A stretch of DNA of 64,000 nt, taken from assembly GCF_021246445.1 (NCBI RefSeq), contig NZ_JAJQXW010000001.1, positions 62,001-126,000 of the forward strand. The letters run 5' to 3'. The notes beneath the pieces were generated by a model. That model searched no databases and was not told where the DNA came from. It worked only from the letters and a program-made list of their open reading frames with translations. This document shows positions 55,904 through 64,000 of the stretch, piece by piece. The stretch's first letter is position 1. Every line of letters begins with the position of its first letter. The DNA is from Rhabdothermincola salaria (GTDB taxonomy: Bacteria > Actinomycetota > Acidimicrobiia > Acidimicrobiales > Acidimicrobilacustridaceae). The position numbers were made by a program, and so were the translations under genes.

Positions 55904-57040
55904 TCAGCGCGGTAGCCCGAGGATGCGCTCGGCGACGATGTTGCGCAGGATCTGGGTGGTGCCGCCCATGATGGTGTAGGCGGGGGCGTAGCAGGCGTTG
56001 CGGGAGATGCGGTTCCAGAGCATGGTCTCGGCGCCGGCGACGCGGGCGCAGAAGTCGGCCACGGCCACCTCGAACTCGGTGCCGATGGTCTTGGTGGCGG
56101 CCGAGAAGCCCTTGGGCGCCTGACCCAGCATCTCGCGGAGCACGAGGTGGCGCCCGATGCGGTAGGTCGACTCGATGCGGGCCACGTCCTGGCGGACCCG
56201 GGGGTCGGAGATGTCGGCCATGGGCAGCACGAGGTCGTAGAGCGCTCGGTTCGACACGAAGCGGTCGATGCCGCCCCGCTCGTGCTCCATCTGGCGCATG
56301 ACCTGGCGGAAGCTGTCGTTCTCGACGCCCACGAGGTTCTCGACCGGCACCCGGACCTCGTCGTAGCGCACCTCGCAGAAGTGGGCGTTGCCGGTGACGT
56401 CGACGATGGGGCGGACCTCCACTCCCGGGGAGTGCAGGTCGACCAGGAACTCCGAGAGCCCCCGGTGCGGTGGCGCATCGGGGTCGGTGCGGGCGATCAG
56501 GTAGCACCAGTCGGCCTCGGCGGCTCCGCTGGTCCACACCTTGGCGCCGCTGATCACCCAGTGGTCGCCGTCGCGCACCGCTCGGGTGGAGATCGACGCC
56601 ACGTCGGAGCCGGCGTCGGGTTCGCTCATGCCGATGCTCCACGCCGAGCGGCCGGCGATCATCTCGGGGAGGAACCGCCGCCGCTGCTCGGGGGTGCCGA
56701 ACTGCAACAGGGTAGGGCCGATCTGGCGGTCGGCGAACCACGACGTGGCGAGCGGGGCGCCGCCGGCGATGAGCGCTTCGTAGACGACGAAGCGCTCCAT
56801 GGTGCTACGGCCCTGGCCGCCTTCGTCGACCGGCCAGGTCATGCCGATCCAGCCTCGCTGGGCCAACTCGAGCGAGAAGGCCTTGGAGGTCCCGATCAGC
56901 CATGAGTCCTCGGGCACCCCGAAGGTGGTGCCCATGGGGTCGGGGGTGGGGTTCGGGTCGGTCCGGCCGGCCCATTCGGTGGCGAGAGCGCGGGCTTCGT
57001 CGCGCAGGTCGCGCAGCTCTTCGGGCTCGGCGAAGTCCAT
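55904..57040 (-). CDS. acyl-CoA dehydrogenase
   Basis: GMSEPDAGSD, GAKVWTSGA, EHERG, TIMGGTTQILRNIVAER. Confidence 0.92.
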   Translation of the reverse strand: MDFAEPEELRDLRDEARALATEWAGRTDPNPTPDPMGTTFGVPEDSWLIGTSKAFSLELAQRGWIGMTWPVDEGGQGRSTMERFVVYEALIAGGAPLATSWFADRQIGPTLLQFGTPEQRRRFLPEMIAGRSAWSIGMSEPDAGSDVASISTRAVRDGDHWVISGAKVWTSGAAEADWCYLIARTDPDAPPHRGLSEFLVDLHSPGVEVRPIVDVTGNAHFCEVRYDEVRVPVENLVGVENDSFRQVMRQMEHERGGIDRFVSNRALYDLVLPMADISDPRVRQDVARIESTYRIGRHLVLREMLGQAPKGFSAATKTIGTEFEVAVADFCARVAGAETMLWNRISRNACYAPAYTIMGGTTQILRNIVAERILGLPR

Positions 57041-57049
57041 GCAGGCGGG

Positions 57050-58318
<1,269 letters not shown>

Positions 58319-58459
58319 AGCAGCTCCAAGGTCTCTGTTCGGGGGGAGGAGGTCCGGGACGCGCTGGGTCCCGCGAACGGGGCGATCCTAGTGGGCGGGG
58401 GCGGGGCGCCGTACCGTCGAGAGCCGGGCCGAGACGGTGCTCGGTGGGGGCGGTGTCGC

Positions 58460-59878
58460 CTAGAGCGGGGTGTTGTCGTGGTTGCGGGGTTGGAGGCGCT
58501 CGCGCTTGTCGGCCAGCACGTCGAGGGCGGCGGCGACCTCGCGGCGGGTCTCCCCGGGGTCGATCACGGCGTCGATGAACCCCCGCTCGGCGGCGATGTA
58601 GGGGTTGAGAAGCCGTTCCTCGTAGGCCTGCTCGAGGGCGTGGCGCTGCTCGGGCGTCTCACGGCGGTGGAGGATCTCGACGGCCCCCTTGGCGCCCATC
58701 ACCGCGATCTCGGCCATGGGCCAGGCCAGAGCGACGTCGTTGCCCATACGCTTGGAGTCCATGACGATGTAGGCCCCGCCGTAGCTCTTGCGCAGGGTGA
58801 CGTTGACCCGTGGCACGGTGGCCCGGGCGTACGCGAAGGCCATCTGGGCTCCGTGGCGGATCATGCCGCGCCACTCGAGGTCCTTGCCCGGATAGAAGCC
58901 GGGGGTGTCGACCAGGGTGATCAGCGGGATGTTGAAGGCATCGCAGAAGGCCACGAAGCGAGCTCCCTTCTGCGATCCCGGGATGTCGAGGGTGCCGGCC
59001 AGGGCGCACGGCTGGTTGGCGACGAACCCCACGGGGCGGCCGCCGATGGAGCCGAAGGCGGTGACCAGGTTCTGGGCCCAGCCGCCCCGCAGCTCGAGCA
59101 CCTCGCCGTCGTCGGCCAGCGCTCGCATGACGGTGCGCACGTCGTAGGAGCCGGTGGCGCTCTCGGGGATCACCGCGCCGGCCTCGGGCACCGCCCGGTC
59201 GGCCGGGTCGTCGGTGGCGATGGTGGGCGGGAGTTCGCCGTTGTGGGCGGGCAGGAAGTCGAGCAGCGCGGCCACTGCGGCACGGGCGGCGTCGATGTCG
59301 GCCACGACCAGGGAGGCCACCCCGCTGGAACGGGCGTGGGCGCCGGAGCCCCCGAGGGCCTCGGTGCCGATGGGGACCCCGGTGAACTGGCGCACCATGT
59401 GGGGGCCGCTCACGAAGGCGTAGGAGTCGGAGGTCATGACCACGTGGTCGACCAGGCCCAGGAGCAGCGCCGGCCCCGACACCGCCGGGCCGTTGACGAT
59501 GGCGATGGTGGGGACCTGGCCCGAGCAGGCGGTGAGGACCGACGCCGCCCGACCCCAGCCGTGCAGGGCGGCCAGGCCTTCGTCGATGGCGGCGCCGCTG
59601 GAGGCGATCTCGAGCACCAGGGGCAGGCGCTCGGCGAGCGCGGTGCGGGCGGCCACCTCGATGGTGGCGCCGTCCGCCGGCGACAGCGCGCCGGCGCGGT
59701 CGTCGCCGTCGATGGCGACGGTGATGACGGGCCGGTCGCCGCTCAGCGTCTCGACGGGGGTCACCGCGGCGCGGGCCACGCCCGGCACCTGGCTCCGCAG
59801 CGGGAGGAAGCCGGGTGGCTGGGAACGTTCGGCCCATCGGTCGGACGGGGTGGGGCGGGGGAGGGGGCTGGAGACCAT
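58460..59878 (-). CDS. acyl-CoA carboxylase carboxyltransferase subunit (PccB/AccD-like), short divergent N-terminus
   Basis: GFVANQP, LVDTPGFYPG, RKSYGGAY, AEIAVMGAKGA, GFIDAVIDP, HDNTPL. Confidence 0.88.
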   Translation of the reverse strand: MVSSPLPRPTPSDRWAERSQPPGFLPLRSQVPGVARAAVTPVETLSGDRPVITVAIDGDDRAGALSPADGATIEVAARTALAERLPLVLEIASSGAAIDEGLAALHGWGRAASVLTACSGQVPTIAIVNGPAVSGPALLLGLVDHVVMTSDSYAFVSGPHMVRQFTGVPIGTEALGGSGAHARSSGVASLVVADIDAARAAVAALLDFLPAHNGELPPTIATDDPADRAVPEAGAVIPESATGSYDVRTVMRALADDGEVLELRGGWAQNLVTAFGSIGGRPVGFVANQPCALAGTLDIPGSQKGARFVAFCDAFNIPLITLVDTPGFYPGKDLEWRGMIRHGAQMAFAYARATVPRVNVTLRKSYGGAYIVMDSKRMGNDVALAWPMAEIAVMGAKGAVEILHRRETPEQRHALEQAYEERLLNPYIAAERGFIDAVIDPGETRREVAAALDVLADKRERLQPRNHDNTPL

Positions 59879-59890
59879 CGGCGGTGCGAC

Positions 59891-60880
59891 TCACGAGGAG
59901 GGGAGCCGGTTACCTGCCCTTCGGGATCGGGGCCCGGGCGCAGGAGGCGCGGCGGGCGGGGCTGCATCGGGAGTGGTGGGGTGGACGCCCGGCTGGTCGG
60001 GGCCGGTCTCGGCCACGACCCGGTGGAGGACCTCGCGCAGGGCTCGACCCGGCGACGACAGTAGGCCCCGGCGACGGGTGCCGAGACCGACCGACCTCCC
60101 GGGGAGGTCGTCGACCGGGATCCGCCGCCAGTCGCCGCCCAGCCACGTGGGTGCCGCGCTGGCGGGCAGGATGGCGGGGCCGAAGCCCTGGAAGGCCAGG
60201 GACGCCATGAGGCGGGTGCCGTCGACCTCGACCTGGGGGACCAGGGTCACGTCGCGGTCGCGGGCCAGGGCTTCGAGCTGGTCACGGAACGGCGAGCCCG
60301 GTGGCTCGAGGAGGATGGGCACGCCGTCGAGCGATTCGAGCGAGAGCCGGTCGTGCTCGGCGAGGGGGTGGTCGGTCGGGGTGACCAGCATGCGGTCCTC
60401 GTGGAAGAGGGGCTCGGCCTGCACGTCGGGGTCGGCGACGGGCAGCGACAGCACGGCCAGGTCGATCGTGCCGCTCGCCAGCTGCAGCAGCAGCGACGAC
60501 GTGGTGGCGTCGTGGATCACCACCTGCACCCGGGGATGGCGGGCGGCCATGGCCTCGACGAGCTCGGGGACCAACCAGCGGGCAGTCGTGCCGATGACCC
60601 CGAGGCGACCGGGGCCGGCGACCTGGTCGTGCACCGAGGCGACGTCGGCCGCGAGGGCGTCGAGCTCGCCCTGGACCCGCCGGGCCCGGGCCACCACGGC
60701 CGCGCCCTCGTCGGTGGCCTGGCCGGTGCTGCGGTCGATGAGGATCACGCCGAGCTCCTGCTCGAGGCGGGCCACGTGGGTGGAGACGTTGGACTGCACC
60801 GTGTGCAGGGCCCGGGCCGCGGCCGAGAAGCTGCCGTGCTCGGCCACGGCCAACACCGCGTTCAGCTGCCGGAGGTCCAT
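59891..60880 (-). CDS. LysR family transcriptional regulator
   Basis: MDLRQL...GSFSAAARALHTVQSNVSTHVARLEQELG. Confidence 0.93.
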   Translation of the reverse strand: MDLRQLNAVLAVAEHGSFSAAARALHTVQSNVSTHVARLEQELGVILIDRSTGQATDEGAAVVARARRVQGELDALAADVASVHDQVAGPGRLGVIGTTARWLVPELVEAMAARHPRVQVVIHDATTSSLLLQLASGTIDLAVLSLPVADPDVQAEPLFHEDRMLVTPTDHPLAEHDRLSLESLDGVPILLEPPGSPFRDQLEALARDRDVTLVPQVEVDGTRLMASLAFQGFGPAILPASAAPTWLGGDWRRIPVDDLPGRSVGLGTRRRGLLSSPGRALREVLHRVVAETGPDQPGVHPTTPDAAPPAAPPAPGPRSRRAGNRLPSS

Positions 60881-60915
60881 CGCTTCCGATGATGGCACAT
60901 ATCAGAAGTAACCAT

Positions 60916-60944
60916 TGGACAGATCACGTGCGTGCGATCACAAT
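60916..60944 (+). promoter_or_regulatory. sigma70-type promoter for the sRNA, overlapping a CRP/GlxR-like site
   Basis: TGGACA-N17-CACAAT; CGTGC-N6-TCACA at 60927-60942. Confidence 0.55.
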
Positions 60945-60949
60945 GTGGT

Positions 60950-61080
60950 TCAACAACGCCGAGCCACATGAAGTCGGATCCCCCCTCCGACGTGAGCTCG
61001 ACAGAGGCGCGGCACCGATCCCCCCTCGGGCCGCCCTCTTTGCGAAGCCGGCCTCCCCCCGGGCCGGCTTCGCCCGTTTT
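60950..61080 (+). ncRNA. 6C-like small RNA with three hairpins, each with a six-C loop
   Basis: GTCGGA-TCCCCCC-TCCGAC; GCGGCACCGA-TCCCCCC-TCGGGCCGC; GCGAAGCCGGCC-TCCCCCCG-GGCCGGCTTCGC then CCGTTTT. Confidence 0.8.
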
Positions 61081-61110
61081 GCTCTGCCCATGGCGCCCTC
61101 CTCGCCCCCC

Positions 61111-61287
61111 TGTCGGGTCCTCGGGGTCCCGGCGGGTCCTGTCCCGCACCAGAACCTGACGTGCTCGGTCGCTCAGAGCGGCAACTTCGTCGACGATCGC
61201 CATGGGCCGACGAACTCTTCGTCGATCACAGGGGACGTTCGCCGAGCCGCACTCGCTCCCGTGCGCGCGTCAGAACCGGTGGTGCGG
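61111..61287. repeat. dispersed 177-bp repeat, copy B
   Basis: About 91% ungapped identity to 13887-14063, same orientation. Confidence 0.9.
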
Positions 61288-61321
61288 ACTGAGTGTGACG
61301 GCCCTCGCATAGGGTCGGAGG

Positions 61322-62209
61322 ATGAACCGGGGGCCAGTCATCATCGAGGCGGCGATCAACGGATCGACCACCACCGAGCAGAACCCGAACGTGCCGCGTT
61401 CACCCGACGACATCGCGGCCGACGCGCTGGCCTGCTTCGCCGCCGGCGCGGCGATCGTGCACAACCACGCCGACGTGCAGGGCAAGCCCGACGACGTCGC
61501 CGAGAGCTACCTGGCCGGCTGGCGACCGGTGCTGCGCGAACGGCCCGACGCGCTGATCTACCCGACCCTGGCCTTCGGCGACGGCAAGGTGAGCGTCGAC
61601 CACCTGGCCGTGCTGGCCCGGGCCGAGGCCCTGCGCATCGGCATCTGCGACCCCGGCTCGGTGAACCTCGGGCGCAGCGAGGACGGCATCCCCGTCGGCG
61701 CCTTCGTCTACGCCAACAGCTTCGACGACATCGCCCACATCATGGACATCCACCACGAGCACGACCTCGGTCCGAGCTTTGCCATCTACGAGCCCGGCTT
61801 CCTGCGCACGGCCCTGGCGTGGTGGAAGGCCGGCCGGCTGCCCGCCGGGTCGATGTTCAAGTTCTACCTGTCCACCGAACGCGGCCTGATCGGGGCGCCT
61901 TTCGGCTTGCCCCCCACCCGCCAGGCGCTCGACATGTACGTGGCCATGCTCGGCGACTGCCCGGTGCCGTGGGCGGTGTCGGTGGCCGGCGGCGACGTCG
62001 TGGCGTCGGGCCTGGCCGAGCACGCCATCGAGCTGGGTGGGCACGTCCACCTGGGCCTCGAGTTCCACCACGGTGACCGCACCCCCGGCAACGTGGAGCT
62101 GGTCACCGAGGCGGTGGCTGTCTGCGAGCGGCTCGGCGTCGAGGTCGCCACATGCGACCAGACCGCCGAGATCCTCGGGCTGCCCCGCCGGGAGCACCTG
62201 ACGATCTGA
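61322..62209 (+). CDS. BKACE family (beta-keto acid cleavage) enzyme
   Basis: IIEAAING, NPNVPRSPDDI, AGAAIVHNH, GSVN, GGHVHLGLE. Confidence 0.9.
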   Translation: MNRGPVIIEAAINGSTTTEQNPNVPRSPDDIAADALACFAAGAAIVHNHADVQGKPDDVAESYLAGWRPVLRERPDALIYPTLAFGDGKVSVDHLAVLARAEALRIGICDPGSVNLGRSEDGIPVGAFVYANSFDDIAHIMDIHHEHDLGPSFAIYEPGFLRTALAWWKAGRLPAGSMFKFYLSTERGLIGAPFGLPPTRQALDMYVAMLGDCPVPWAVSVAGGDVVASGLAEHAIELGGHVHLGLEFHHGDRTPGNVELVTEAVAVCERLGVEVATCDQTAEILGLPRREHLTI

Positions 62210-62290
62210 CCGTCGGCTCGGGCCCCGGCTGCGAGTGGAGGCGCGGGTACGGCCCGTCACCGGGGCGAGGCGGGGCGGTACCGTGCGCCC

Positions 62291-63694
62291 ATGGGTGACG
62301 TCGAGGAGCAGGGCGCGGCGATCTTCGATCTCGATCGCACGTTGTTGCGCGGCGCCAGCGGCCCCGTCATCTCGGCGTCGCTGCGGGCCGCGGGGCTGCT
62401 GCCCGATCGCTCGGTGCCGGGCGAGGGGCTGCTCTTCGGGTTGTTCGACCTGGTCGGTGAGATCCGTCCGTCGATGATGCTCACCCGCCAGGCGGTCAAG
62501 GCGGCCAAGGGGTGGGACCGCGAGGTCGTGCGGGAGGCGGGACGGCAGGCGGCGGAGCGCCTGGCCGACGAGGTCCAACCGTGGGCCCGCGTCATCATCG
62601 ACGACCACCAGCGCGACGGTCGCCCGGTGGTGCTGGCCACCACCACGCCCTACGACCTCGTGGAGCCCCTGGCCACCATGTTGGGGTTCGACGCCATCGT
62701 CGCCACCCGGTACCGGGTCGACGAGACGGGGTGCTACGACGGGACCTTCGACGGCGAGTTCGTGTGGGGGAAGGGCAAGTTGGCGGCGGTCACCGCTTGG
62801 GCCGGCGAGAACGGCATCGCCCTGCGCGAGTGCTGGGCCTACTCCGACAGCTTCTACGACCGGCCCCTGCTCGACGCGGTGGGCCAGCCCGTCGCCGTCA
62901 ACCCCGACCCTCGCCTGGCCGCCTACGCGGTGCTACGTCGCTGGCCGGTGCAGTTCCTCGACGCCCCACCGGGCGTGCCCAAGGTGCTGGGCATCGAGCC
63001 ACAGACCGCCGCCTTCCCCTTCCTGCGCAACGAGCTCATGCCCTGGGTGCGCTTCGAGGTGATGGGCACCGAGCACATCCCCGAGCACGGGCCGGCGCTG
63101 CTGTGCTCCAACCACCGCAGCTACTTCGACCCTCTGGCGGTGGGGTACGCGGCTGCCCGCCGCGGCCGCCCCATCCGCTTCCTGGGCAAGAAGGAGGTGT
63201 TCGACGCGCCGGTGGTGGGTGATCTGGCCCGGGCGATGGGGGGCATCCGGGTCGAACGGGGGACGGGTTCCGACGAGCCGCTGCTCGAGGCCGCCGACTG
63301 CCTGCGGGCGGGCGAGATCGTGGCCATCCTCCCGCAGGGGACCATCCCCCGGGGCCTCAACTTCTTCGACCCGGTGCTGCGGGGCAAGTGGGGCGCCGCC
63401 CGCCTGGCGGCGGAGATGGCGGAGGAGGGGCGACCCGTGGCGGTCGTCCCCATGGGGCTGTGGGGCACCGAGAAGGTCTGGCCCCGCAACGCCCGGCTGC
63501 CCAACCTGCTCAACGTCTTCGACCCGCCGACCGTGCGGGTGCAGCTCGGCCCGCCGGTCGAGCTGGGCCTCCACGACCCGGCAGCGGACACCGAGGCGAT
63601 CATGGCGGCCATCGTCGACCTCCTGCCCCCCGAGGCCCGGGAGCGCCACGAGCCCACGCCGGGCGAGCTGGCCCGCTCTCTGCCCCCGGCCTGA
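62291..63694 (+). CDS. HAD-IB phosphatase / lysophospholipid acyltransferase (PlsC) fusion
   Basis: FDLDRTL, AYSDSFYDRPLL, VNPDPRL; NHRSYFD, PQGTIP. Confidence 0.92.
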   Translation: MGDVEEQGAAIFDLDRTLLRGASGPVISASLRAAGLLPDRSVPGEGLLFGLFDLVGEIRPSMMLTRQAVKAAKGWDREVVREAGRQAAERLADEVQPWARVIIDDHQRDGRPVVLATTTPYDLVEPLATMLGFDAIVATRYRVDETGCYDGTFDGEFVWGKGKLAAVTAWAGENGIALRECWAYSDSFYDRPLLDAVGQPVAVNPDPRLAAYAVLRRWPVQFLDAPPGVPKVLGIEPQTAAFPFLRNELMPWVRFEVMGTEHIPEHGPALLCSNHRSYFDPLAVGYAAARRGRPIRFLGKKEVFDAPVVGDLARAMGGIRVERGTGSDEPLLEAADCLRAGEIVAILPQGTIPRGLNFFDPVLRGKWGAARLAAEMAEEGRPVAVVPMGLWGTEKVWPRNARLPNLLNVFDPPTVRVQLGPPVELGLHDPAADTEAIMAAIVDLLPPEARERHEPTPGELARSLPPA

Positions 63695-63705
63695 GCCGGA
63701 GCGCG

Positions 63706-63735
63706 ACGAGGGCGCCCGCAGAGGGGCGCCCTCGT
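63706..63735. terminator. hairpin between convergent genes
   Basis: ACGAGGGCGCCC-GCAGAG-GGGCGCCCTCGT. Confidence 0.65.
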
Positions 63736-63764
63736 GAGTGGTGCCTCGCCGTGGACGGCGTGGA

Positions 63765-64000
63765 TCAGCTGTTCTGGCGGGCCCGGATGATGTTGAGGGC
63801 GCCGCCGGCGCGGAACCACTCGATCTGCTCATCGTTCATGGTGTGGTTGGCCTCGAAGTCGACGGTGGTGCCGTCGGGCTTCACGATCTGGCACCGCACC
63901 GGGGTGTCGGGGGCCAGATCGGCCAGACCGAGCACGCTGATGCGGTCGTCCTGGTCGACGGCGTCGTAGGTGGCCGGGTCGGCGAAGGTCAGCGGCAGCA
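63765..64000 (-). CDS. aconitate hydratase, C-terminal part (runs off window edge)
   Basis: LPLTFADPATYDAVDQDDRISVLGL...NHTMNDEQIEWFRAGGALNIIR. Confidence 0.88.
   Translation of the reverse strand, partial: LPLTFADPATYDAVDQDDRISVLGLADLAPDTPVRCQIVKPDGTTVDFEANHTMNDEQIEWFRAGGALNIIRARQNS

Noticed and set aside
59891..60880. LysR as OxyR
   Set aside because: Lacks the redox cysteines (LEPPGSPFRDQ where OxyR has GHCLRDQ)
60889..62076. 395-aa ORF running through the sRNA and the repeat
   Set aside because: Arg/Pro-rich, out of frame with BKACE, and the region is better explained by RNA structure

Overview
Gene-dense, uniformly high-GC actinobacterial chromosome segment. Gene content is consistent with Acidimicrobiia, but this is an inference. 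It holds about 65 CDS and 3 tRNAs (Gly-GCC, Cys-GCA, Val-GAC). Lipid and acyl-CoA metabolism dominates: thiolases, acyl-CoA ligases, SDRs, enoyl-CoA hydratases, ACADs, WS/DGAT and a HAD-PlsC fusion. It also carries lgt, a DEAD-box helicase, an orphan N6-adenine DNA methyltransferase, an ABC transporter, a metX operon under a SAM-I/IV-type riboswitch, surE, a molybdoenzyme, a Pat-type acetyltransferase, citrate synthase, a carboxyltransferase, a LysR regulator and the 3' end of an aconitase. I saw no integrase, transposase, phage or CRISPR signature. The most interesting signals are non-coding: (1) a promoter-to-terminator sRNA candidate with three hairpins, each with a six-C loop (6C-like), divergent from the LysR gene; (2) a 177-bp element present twice, 47 kb apart, about 91% identical; (3) matching CsoR/CstR-type operators before a rhodanese and a DUF302 gene; (4) a family of tandem-GA/k-turn-like intergenic hairpins. 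Product calls come from manual motif recognition only; no database search was run.
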